This document shows, in pieces, positions 56,546 through 64,000 of a stretch of DNA of 64,000 nt. The stretch comes from Blastochloris viridis (lineage in GTDB: Bacteria > Pseudomonadota > Alphaproteobacteria > UBA2136 > UBA6156): NCBI GenBank assembly GCA_005768725.1, contig VAFM01000002.1, positions 276,486 through 340,485 of the forward strand, given 5' to 3'. A program made the translations under genes and the position numbers. Positions within the stretch are counted from its first letter, which is position 1, and each line of letters opens with the position of its first letter. The notes under the pieces are model-generated. The model did no database searches. It was not told where the DNA came from and was given only the letters and a program-made list of their open reading frames with translations.

Positions 56546-56932
56546 TTAGAACATCCCGATGACTTTAGTCATCTTTTCTTTCAACGTGGCAGCGTTGAAG
56601 GGCTTGACGATGTAGTTGGAGACACCGGCCTGTACGGCGGCGATCACGTTCTCACGCTTACCTTCGGCGGTCACCATGATGAACGGAGTAATCTTGTATT
56701 TCTCGCTTTCGCGGACTTTTTTCAGCAGGTCAATGCCGGTCATTTTCGGCATGTTCCAGTCGGAAATGACCAGGTCGATATGTTCGCTGTTCAGCTTGTC
56801 CCACGCGGTAGTGCCATCATCGGCTTCGGTCATGTTGGTAAAGCCCAGCTGGCGCAGCAGGTTCACGATAATACGGCGCATGGTCTGCGCATCGTCCACC
56901 ACCAGGATTCTCATGTTACGGTCGACGCTCAT
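56546..56932 (-). CDS. cheY: Chemotaxis response regulator CheY
   Basis: Single REC domain 128 aa (RILVVDD..ISDWNMP..KPF); start at MSVDRN with AAGGAA RBS. Confidence 0.9.
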   Translation of the reverse strand: MSVDRNMRILVVDDAQTMRRIIVNLLRQLGFTNMTEADDGTTAWDKLNSEHIDLVISDWNMPKMTGIDLLKKVRESEKYKITPFIMVTAEGKRENVIAAVQAGVSNYIVKPFNAATLKEKMTKVIGMF

Positions 56933-57229
56933 CGGCCAGTATTCCTTATTTTTGTACGTCTCCCCTCTTATTCTTTTTGGGCGGAGACTTGCCCTTCTGG
57001 CGCGGCACACCAGCCGCTCCTGACATACCTTCACCCTAGCGCCAAATGCGTCCGTACCGCTAGCCCCCTTCCTTCAAATCGCCCAACACACGGCGCCCAC
57101 CGTGGCACCCCTGCCACCACGTTTGTCCGATGTTTCAACATTCTCTGGAACGTTACATATTCAATTCATAATTGGCATAAGGCAGTGTACACCTTCCGGC
57201 GCGAAGCGACATTGCCCCCGCACGCAAGG

Positions 57230-57817
57230 CTACGGAGCCGTCGCCGATACCGTCGGCGGCGGCGTCCGCGCCGCCATCATTTCACTCAGCACCCGTGCCT
57301 TGGCCGGATCGATCGCTTCCATGATCTTCCCGCTCTTCTTGGCAGGCATCCGCGTGATCACATCGAGCACGATCAGGTTGTCCAGACGGTTGAGCACACC
57401 AGCCGCCACCAGCGGCTTCATGTTGCCGTAAATCATCGCCAACTGGTCAAGCTCCTTGTCGTCCTTACCGCTCACATTGCCCAGTAATTTTTCCAGCTCA
57501 CCCTGAAGCGTTTTCAATTCCGCCACGCGCGCATTCAGGCGTTGCTCCATCAGGTCCACCAGCTTTTCACGCAGTTCCAGCGCCTGCGCACGGCGTTCCA
57601 TTTCAATCCGTTGCTGGTCCAGGTCCAGCAATACGTCTACTTCGGTCTCGCTGTACACGCGGCCTTGGCGCAGTTGCGGGTCTTCCACGGGCAGAGTCGA
57701 CGAAACCTCACCACCACCCTCACCTTCACCACCACCGCCATGGCCTCCGCCACCACCAGCAGCCCAACCCGGCACCGCCAGCGCTACCAGCATCAAGGCC
57801 ACCAGCCAGGCGCGCAT
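57230..57817 (-). CDS. Flagellar motility protein MotE-like (MgtE-N-like periplasmic domain)
   Basis: Signal peptide, poly-Gly stretch, coiled coil, C-terminal LAMIYGNMKPLVAAGVLNRLD..VLDVITRM motif. Confidence 0.5.
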   Translation of the reverse strand: MRAWLVALMLVALAVPGWAAGGGGGHGGGGEGEGGGEVSSTLPVEDPQLRQGRVYSETEVDVLLDLDQQRIEMERRAQALELREKLVDLMEQRLNARVAELKTLQGELEKLLGNVSGKDDKELDQLAMIYGNMKPLVAAGVLNRLDNLIVLDVITRMPAKKSGKIMEAIDPAKARVLSEMMAARTPPPTVSATAP

Positions 57818-58416
57818 TACGCACCACCCTTCAGGCTTTGCTGAAGGTCCAGCTCGGCCTGTGTCACCGGCCCACTGCGCTTACGCTTCGGAGATTTCGT
57901 CACAGGCGCATCAGCAACGCCGGTGGTCTGCAAATTGGCCAGCAGTTCTTCCAGTGGGTCACCGTCACGCCCCATACCAGCCTGCAACGCCTGCGGCAAA
58001 GGCTTGGCCGCCGTGCCGTTGGCACTGGCCACACGCTCCACAACCGCCTGAGTTTCCGGCGCTAAACGTACACTCGGCAAATCCTCTTCGTCCGTTACCA
58101 CGGTACGGCGGCTCGTCGCCTGCTCCAGCTTGTCGCCCATGCTCTCGGCACGTTGTAATAAAAACTGCAATTCCACCTTGCTCTGGCCCGCCGCGTCAAT
58201 CAAACGGTTCAGCTCGGGGCCAGAGCCACTCAGTTCCTGCTTGATATCAGCCAATCCCTTACGCGCACTCAAAATCGCTTCGGTCAGTTTCTCGGCCAGC
58301 AGCGGGGCCTCGCGCGCCGCCACACGCCATTCCTTGAGCTGGAAGTGCAGAACCAGCAGCAAACCGGCCACCAGGGCCAGCAGTAACACGGTCAGAATAC
58401 TGATGTACAACGCCAT
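57817..58416 (-). CDS. Membrane-anchored hypothetical protein in flagellar operon (199 aa)
   Basis: N-terminal TM helix, coiled-coil; start/stop overlap with neighbours (operon). Confidence 0.45.
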   Translation of the reverse strand: MALYISILTVLLLALVAGLLLVLHFQLKEWRVAAREAPLLAEKLTEAILSARKGLADIKQELSGSGPELNRLIDAAGQSKVELQFLLQRAESMGDKLEQATSRRTVVTDEEDLPSVRLAPETQAVVERVASANGTAAKPLPQALQAGMGRDGDPLEELLANLQTTGVADAPVTKSPKRKRSGPVTQAELDLQQSLKGGA

Positions 58417-58419
58417 GGG

Positions 58420-59520
58420 TTAGGTCTGCTTCAAATTGTTCAGATCGGTAATATTGTGCGTAATGCGCACGGCTTTAAAGTCCAGCGCTTTGCCCATCTG
58501 GCCGACCATCTTGGTTACGCCGCCGCACTCCAGGCGGATCGGACTGTTCGAACGGGCATTCAGCAAGAACGTATCACCCACGCGCCATTCCAGCACTTCA
58601 CTCAGCGGGAAGGTCATCTGATCCAGCACCGCATCCAGTTCCATGGTGGTGTGGTAAAGCTCTTGGCTCAAGTGGTTTTCCCAGATATTGTCCTGCCCGA
58701 ATTTCTCCCCCATGAACTGCTGCAGAAGCTGCTCACGGATAGGCTCCAGGGTGGCATACGGCAAACAGAACTGCATGCGCCCTTCACGGCCTTCAAGGTC
58801 AACCTTCACGGTCACCAGAATCGCCACGTTGGCTTCCTGAGAGATCACGGTAAAGCGCGGGTTCACTTCCATACGCTCGGCCTTGAACTGGATCGGCGCG
58901 ATCGGGCCGAACGCTTCACCCAGGTTTGCCAGCACAATGTCCGTCAACGTATCGAGAATCTTGCGTTCAATGGCCGTGAACTGACGACCCGCCACACTGA
59001 CCTGACGGCTCTTGCGGCCACCCAGCATCACGTCTACCACGGCGTAAATCAGGTTGCTTTCGTACACCAGCAGCACGTAATCTTCCAGGCCCACGGCGTT
59101 CACCACCACAATTCCGGCAGGCAGCGGCACCTGGTTCAGGTAGTCGCCAAAACGCACCGAGGTCATGTTCATGATGGTCACATCAACGTTGTCGGCAGTG
59201 TACTGGCGCAGGCTGGTCGAAAGCAGGCGTTCGAACTTGTCGTACACCACTTCCAGCATCGGCAGTTTTTCGTAGTTCACCACGCTCTGGTCAAGCAGCG
59301 CGCGTACGCCGCGGCTGCCGTCGGCCTGCGCGCCAGCATCAATGCCCAGCAGCGCGTCAATTTCGCCCTGGTCCAGAATCTTCTGCGGCTCACCACCGGC
59401 GGCCATGGCTTTGGCCATCTCGTCATCACCGCCGCCCGTACCGTCGTCGGCAGCCATATTCTGCCACTCTTTCAGCAGCTCTTCTTCGCTTTTGGCAGGT
59501 GCGTCCGGAGTCTCGGCCAT
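58420..59520 (-). CDS. fliM: Flagellar motor switch protein FliM
   Basis: N-terminal CheY-P-binding motif ILDQGEIDALLG, CheC-like middle domain, 366 aa. Confidence 0.88.
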   Translation of the reverse strand: MAETPDAPAKSEEELLKEWQNMAADDGTGGGDDEMAKAMAAGGEPQKILDQGEIDALLGIDAGAQADGSRGVRALLDQSVVNYEKLPMLEVVYDKFERLLSTSLRQYTADNVDVTIMNMTSVRFGDYLNQVPLPAGIVVVNAVGLEDYVLLVYESNLIYAVVDVMLGGRKSRQVSVAGRQFTAIERKILDTLTDIVLANLGEAFGPIAPIQFKAERMEVNPRFTVISQEANVAILVTVKVDLEGREGRMQFCLPYATLEPIREQLLQQFMGEKFGQDNIWENHLSQELYHTTMELDAVLDQMTFPLSEVLEWRVGDTFLLNARSNSPIRLECGGVTKMVGQMGKALDFKAVRITHNITDLNNLKQT

Positions 59521-59867
59521 GGTTGTTTTTCAAGTCATTCTGGTTGGCATGGTCATACAGAAGATGCATGACCCTCGCCCTACCCTACCAACAAACACCG
59601 CCCCGCAAAAGCCCGCACACGCAATTTGCCCCCTCCTGCGTCACAATTCGGCACTCCAACCGTTTAAACATGTCCAGCCTAAACCCGCGACAACGCTCCG
59701 TCCCTTCAAAGCAACAGGCGCGGGGTGAGTTTTGAAGGGAGGGGTCTTAGCCCCTCCCTTCGTACTATAAGCAATTCCAGAACACCCGAGAGGAAAAAGC
59801 TGAGCGTAAGCACAGGCTATTTTCCGAAGGGATGAACGGAGACCCGCCAAGCATAGCTTGGCAAAAT

Positions 59868-60392
59868 CTACTGTACTAACAACTCACGTATATAAACCGC
59901 CTTCAACTCCACCGGCGCCAAACTCTGCAACGCCCGGCGCAGCAGATTCTCCTTCAAGCGGTGAAGGTTGGCACTGCCCTGCAAGTCGCCCACGCGCATC
60001 TGGCGCAGCAGGCCGCCCCAGTCATCCTGCAGGCGCGGCAACATCTGGTTGACGGCTTCCACATCGGTCTGCTTGGCCAGCTCCAAAGCGACCTTGATCT
60101 TGATGAAGTGCGGCGTCGCCGGATCATCACTCAGCAGGCTCAGGTTAAACTCCGGCACATCGTAAATCACCAGATGCGCGGTCGCAGCCCCTTCTTCCGG
60201 TGCAGCCTCATGTTCCTTTTCACCACCCATGAAGAACACCACGCCAACAGCCACCAGAATCCCTACCACAGCTACCGCCGAGCTGATGATGAGCATCATC
60301 TTCTTCTTTTTGGCTTTACCGCCATCCGCCGCCGCGTCAGCGGTACCTTCACCGCCTTCGGTGCCGGCTGTTGCTTCGGTTTCGTCCGCCAT
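59868..60392 (-). CDS. fliL: Flagellar basal body-associated protein FliL
   Basis: Lys-rich N-terminus, single TM, conserved FliL periplasmic domain (FIKIKVALEL..LLRQMRVGDL). Confidence 0.75.
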   Translation of the reverse strand: MADETEATAGTEGGEGTADAAADGGKAKKKKMMLIISSAVAVVGILVAVGVVFFMGGEKEHEAAPEEGAATAHLVIYDVPEFNLSLLSDDPATPHFIKIKVALELAKQTDVEAVNQMLPRLQDDWGGLLRQMRVGDLQGSANLHRLKENLLRRALQSLAPVELKAVYIRELLVQ

Positions 60393-60480
60393 AAGGTTAT
60401 CTTCCTGTTGTGGTCATTATCTGAACTCCATACTGCCGCACGTTACGCCTACGCGCCACCCCCGTGCTCCACCTGCGCGC

Positions 60481-60513
60481 AAAAAAGGGAGGGGTCATAT
60501 CCCTCCCTTTTTT
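60481..60513. terminator. Bidirectional terminator between fliS and fliL
   Basis: A6-gggaggg-gtcatat-ccctccc-T6. Confidence 0.7.
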
Positions 60514-60522
60514 CGTTTTAAC

Positions 60523-61008
60523 TTAAGCCACGGCGTTGCGGCGCAGTTTCTCCAGCTCTTCATCACTGGGTTTGGGCGCAGAAACAACCGTACCGGCCGC
60601 AGGTACAGCAGGCTTCAGTCCCTGCTGTTCGGCAAGGGTCTGGGCGGTAGCCGTACGCAGGGTACGCATGGCCTGGATCATCTCGTCGCACACGCGTGGG
60701 TCATTGCGCATATCAATTTCCAGCATGCGCTTGAGCATCCCGGAATAGATTCCGAACATACGCTTGCCCACTTCGCCACCGCTCTCGGGGTTCACAAGGT
60801 CAATCAGATACGCCACAATTTCCATCGCACGGCGGTTGGCGTTACAGCGGCCCTGAATATCACCGTTCTCAATCGCGGTCTTGGCCTGGAGCATAAAGCG
60901 CATCACACCGTCATACAGCATGATGACCTGCTCCACCGGGCCGGCCTGTTCAATTTGCTGACGCAGATACTGCTGGGTATCGCGCTGGTGGTTATTCCCG
61001 TACGTCAT
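60523..61008 (-). CDS. fliS: Flagellin-specific chaperone FliS
   Basis: FliS core VIMLYDGVMRFMLQAKTAI; 161 aa with Ala/Pro-rich C-terminal extension. Confidence 0.75.
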   Translation of the reverse strand: MTYGNNHQRDTQQYLRQQIEQAGPVEQVIMLYDGVMRFMLQAKTAIENGDIQGRCNANRRAMEIVAYLIDLVNPESGGEVGKRMFGIYSGMLKRMLEIDMRNDPRVCDEMIQAMRTLRTATAQTLAEQQGLKPAVPAAGTVVSAPKPSDEELEKLRRNAVA

Positions 61009-61031
61009 GATCTCTCCCGCCCGTCTCTCAA

Positions 61032-62753
61032 TTAGTTACCGCTGTTGAGAGAGTCAGTGTAACTCTTGATGGTATCTTCCAGCGTCTTCAGCTTGGCAAG
61101 CGCCACTTCCATGGCGGTATATTTGGCTTCCAGAGAAACGCGGTACACGGCCAGACGCGCATCAATCACATCCACACGGTCTTTAAAGTCGGTATTCTGA
61201 AGCTGCAGATCACTGATCTGGGTCGCGATCGTCCCGGTGGAAGCACGACTGATTTCATCGAAGTACCCGTAAAAACGGTCGGCCAATCCGCTGGACATGG
61301 TCACACTCAAACCACTCACAGTCCCGAGGTTCGGGCCACCATTAAAGAAGATCTTGGTACCGTCCTCCGCCGTCAGGGTCTTGCCGCTGACGGTCATGGC
61401 GACACCATTCCAGGTTGCACCGGTCACATTGCCGCTGGCGTCGGTGCCGGTGATCACAAGGGCGTTGGTGCCGTTGCTGTCACTGCCGCGGTTCAGCACG
61501 GTGATACGGCTGTCGCTGACCGAACTCTTGAACGTGAACAGATCCTTGATGCCTTCCACATTGGTCAGCAGTTTGGAGTCCAGAATCGTTTCATCGATAG
61601 ACAGCGTGTAGTCGGACTTCATCACGATACCGATCTGACTCAGGCTGGAGTACCCGTCCGGCGCACCTTCCACGGTCGCGGCCGCCATTTCACCAAGCTG
61701 GGAAACGATGTCACGCAGAATCTGGTCATAGGCCAGCGCACCGTATTCATTGTCACCTACGGTACCGTCGTCGTTACGGTCGGCGGCAGTGCGTTGCTCG
61801 GTCATGTAGGCACGCACTTCGTTGTAGGCGGTCACAAGGTTCCCGATAACAGTTTTGATGGACGAAAGATCCGGCTCAACCTTCAGGTTGATGGTGGTAC
61901 CCGGTTCGGCCTTCAGCAGGCTCAGGGTCACACCGGGGATCACATCGTTAATCTCATTGCTACTGCGCACGATGCCCGAGATCCCGTCGACCGAGATTTC
62001 AGCGTTGGAAGCCTCCACCAGTTCGTTCTTGATGTCGGCGCCACCGTTGGCGGTCAAACCCAGTTGGTCGGTCAGCGCACCACCCGCGCTGAAGTCCAGC
62101 GCATTGGCGGTCCCGGTCTTGGAGCTGGTCAGCACCAGATAGTGTGTATTGGCATCGGCCGAAACGATGCTGGCGGTCACGCCCGCACCGGCGTTATTGA
62201 TCTTCGAACGCAGGTCCAGCAGCGTGTCGGTCGACGAGATCGTGATGGTCTTGCCACCTACCGTAAAATCACCGGGGGTCACACCGAGAGTCGAAAGCGC
62301 GGTGTTGGTGCTGGTATAGGCATCACTGCGGATCTGTTGCGCCGCGGCCAGTTTCTCAATTTTGATGGTATGCGACATGTTCTGCGCGGTGCTATCCACG
62401 GTCGCAATCAGCAGGCTGTCGATGTCGGAGGGCGTGCCACTGACGGCGGACACCGTACCGCTGATCTTCTTGCTGTCAAAGACGTTGGCACTGTTACCGG
62501 GGTTACCACGCAGCGCGTTCAGCGCAGTGGTCACGTTGGCCACTTTGGTATTGAATTCGGTTAATGCCGAAATTTTGGTAGTGTTGGTGGTAATCTTGGT
62601 TTCAATGTTCACGGCAGGCTGGCGGCGGGCTTGCATAAGGCCGTTAATAATCGCCTCCGTATCCAAACCGGAGGTAATACCGCCCACCTTAAGCTTACCG
62701 TTGGCATCAACGGTGAAATTGGTGGTATTTAAAACTGAGGTCGTTGTTGCCAT
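61032..62753 (-). CDS. fliD: Flagellar filament cap protein FliD (HAP2)
   Basis: N-terminal GITSGLDTEAIINGLMQARRQP and C-terminal FliD coiled-coil regions, 573 aa. Confidence 0.85.
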   Translation of the reverse strand: MATTTSVLNTTNFTVDANGKLKVGGITSGLDTEAIINGLMQARRQPAVNIETKITTNTTKISALTEFNTKVANVTTALNALRGNPGNSANVFDSKKISGTVSAVSGTPSDIDSLLIATVDSTAQNMSHTIKIEKLAAAQQIRSDAYTSTNTALSTLGVTPGDFTVGGKTITISSTDTLLDLRSKINNAGAGVTASIVSADANTHYLVLTSSKTGTANALDFSAGGALTDQLGLTANGGADIKNELVEASNAEISVDGISGIVRSSNEINDVIPGVTLSLLKAEPGTTINLKVEPDLSSIKTVIGNLVTAYNEVRAYMTEQRTAADRNDDGTVGDNEYGALAYDQILRDIVSQLGEMAAATVEGAPDGYSSLSQIGIVMKSDYTLSIDETILDSKLLTNVEGIKDLFTFKSSVSDSRITVLNRGSDSNGTNALVITGTDASGNVTGATWNGVAMTVSGKTLTAEDGTKIFFNGGPNLGTVSGLSVTMSSGLADRFYGYFDEISRASTGTIATQISDLQLQNTDFKDRVDVIDARLAVYRVSLEAKYTAMEVALAKLKTLEDTIKSYTDSLNSGN

Positions 62754-62923
62754 CGTTATCTCCAGTTTCCTACTTGGTTATCCCGCACGTTCCGAGGCAC
62801 GTAAACGCGGGGGTCGGGAGCATCCTGCCCCCAAGGTTACCTGACGCTCGCAGGCGTACCTCTGGTTTATGGTCTGCGGCACCATCTTTTCCTGACGCTG
62901 CGAACACTGCATTCTGTACCATG

Positions 62924-63349
62924 CTACACCTGCCCATCCACCACAATACCCGTGGCCTGTTGCTGGGCGGCAAACATTGTCAGCAAAGCTGGGGTAGTAT
63001 ACGCCTTTATCAAGCGTCCGGAGACCTGCTCACGCAAACTCGCCTGTAAATACGGGTCGTCCTGTGACATCTCCGCCGCAGCCTGTTCCTCTGCATTCGC
63101 GGGTACATTTTCCAGACCAACATCCACACCTTGCGGCGCAAGGGCCTGGCGGTAATGGCCAGCCACACGCAGGGTCGCGCGTTCCACGGCTTCATCCAGC
63201 TGAAAATCCTGCGAAAGTACCGGCACTTTCCAAAGTTTGGGAGCAGAAGCCGCAGCAACCGGAGCCTCACCGCTCAGGGCCGCTACTTCCTCACGGGCAG
63301 CTTGTGCCGCCTGTTTGGCAAGTTCTGCAGCAAGTCCGATTTTCGCCAT
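62924..63349 (-). CDS. Hypothetical protein between flagellin and fliD (141 aa)
   Basis: ORF in the slot often occupied by flaG/flaF/flbT but without their motifs. Confidence 0.35.
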   Translation of the reverse strand: MAKIGLAAELAKQAAQAAREEVAALSGEAPVAAASAPKLWKVPVLSQDFQLDEAVERATLRVAGHYRQALAPQGVDVGLENVPANAEEQAAAEMSQDDPYLQASLREQVSGRLIKAYTTPALLTMFAAQQQATGIVVDGQV

Positions 63350-63382
63350 GATGTCCTAAAACCCCTATCCGTGGTGTCGCGC

Positions 63383-64000
63383 TTAGTTACGGAGCAGTTC
63401 CAGCAAAATTTCCGGTAACTGGTTGGCACGGCCCAGCATGGCGATACTAGCCTCCATCATGGCCTGATTCGTGGTGATATCGGTAATTTCTGCCGCCACA
63501 TCGACATCGATCAACGAGCTTTTGGCCATTTCGTTATTTTCGGAAACCACACCCAAACTGCGCGACACCGCTTCCATACGCAACTGCTGGGCACCCACGT
63601 TGGCACGTCCTTGGTTCAGCACAGCCAACGAATCTGCCAGCTTGTTAATCGCGTCATCGGCATTGATCTGCGTATTGATGGTCAAATCTTCCAATCCCAA
63701 CGCGGTCAAGGTCATGGCCGGAATTTCCACACCGATGGTATCAATCCCCGCAGCCACACCAGTCCCCACCTTGTAAGTCAGATAGGTAGATTTTACTTCA
63801 CCGGTATCGGTCGCCGTCATCAAACCGGCTCCCACATTCACGGTCATGCTGCCTGCACCGATACCGGTCGCGGCCACATCACCCAGCGTTACGCGGCCCA
63901 ACAAAATCTGTCCACCTGCAGCGGCATCCACGTACACATCCACGGTTACGGGTCCAGCACCAACAAGGTCGCCGCTGGCGGCACCGCTGGCACCTACCGC
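63383..64000 (-). CDS. Flagellin (C-terminal part; gene continues beyond the window end)
   Basis: C-terminal D0/D1 flagellin signature (NRLTSAINNL-like ..AMLGRANQLPEILLELLRN); ORF open to the window edge. Confidence 0.85.
   Translation of the reverse strand, partial: AVGASGAASGDLVGAGPVTVDVYVDAAAGGQILLGRVTLGDVAATGIGAGSMTVNVGAGLMTATDTGEVKSTYLTYKVGTGVAAGIDTIGVEIPAMTLTALGLEDLTINTQINADDAINKLADSLAVLNQGRANVGAQQLRMEAVSRSLGVVSENNEMAKSSLIDVDVAAEITDITTNQAMMEASIAMLGRANQLPEILLELLRN

Noticed and set aside
62924-63349. Calling the 141-aa ORF between flagellin and fliD FlaG, FlaF or FlbT
   Set aside because: It sits in the right position, but none of the family motifs I know (FlaG ..IRQIP.., FlaF, FlbT) are present. 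Left as hypothetical with low confidence

Overview
High-GC (~60%) proteobacterial chromosomal segment, with gene content pointing to an alphaproteobacterium, although the identified CheZ (typical of beta/gamma) and a short-linker FtsZ leave the class-level placement tentative. It has three parts. (1) Positions 1-3950: the 3' end of a PHA synthase gene (phaC) and several small secreted or hypothetical genes. (2) Positions 3987-37110: a division/cell-wall (dcw) cluster on the minus strand, with a 12.4 kb insertion between rsmH and ftsL and smaller gene replacements elsewhere. (3) Positions 37260-64000: an RNase P RNA gene (rnpB), ampD, fumC, and a large flagellar/chemotaxis region that runs off the window end.

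The dcw cluster is mraZ-rsmH / ftsL-ftsI-murE / mraY-murD-ftsW-murG-murC-murB / ftsQ-ftsA / ftsZ-lpxC. It is unusually broken up:
- ddl and murF are absent from their canonical positions.
- An opposite-strand membrane-protein gene sits between ftsA and ftsZ.
- The 12.4 kb insertion carries kdsD-lptC-lptA-lptB, accD, ppa, a DJ-1/PfpI gene, an RNase D-like exonuclease gene, and many small secreted-protein genes.
- Those secreted-protein genes include a three-member paralog family with a conserved N-terminal module and divergent Cys-rich C-termini.

rnpB (about 37499-38020, plus strand, divergent from mraZ) carries a roughly 127-nt copy of a structured repeat inside its P12 helix. Two more copies of this repeat lie in intergenic regions and show compensatory base changes. 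A related 111-nt palindromic hairpin fills the ftsI-murE gap.

The flagellar/chemotaxis region, in plus-strand coordinate order:
- flgE-flgD-fliK, fumC-adjacent end;
- divergently, the standalone FlhB C-domain homolog, a 46110-46370 ORF, fliO and fliP;
- a 1011-aa periplasmic TPR protein, translationally coupled to two MotB-TM-like proteins and cheA;
- cheB, cheZ, cheY (no cheW or cheR here);
- a MotE-like protein, fliM, fliL, fliS, fliD and a partial flagellin gene.

The candidates that look most novel are the secreted paralog family, the TPR/MotB-like triad, the repeat inserted in rnpB, and the two low-GC ORFan islets flanking ppa, one encoding a PD-(D/E)xK-fold protein.
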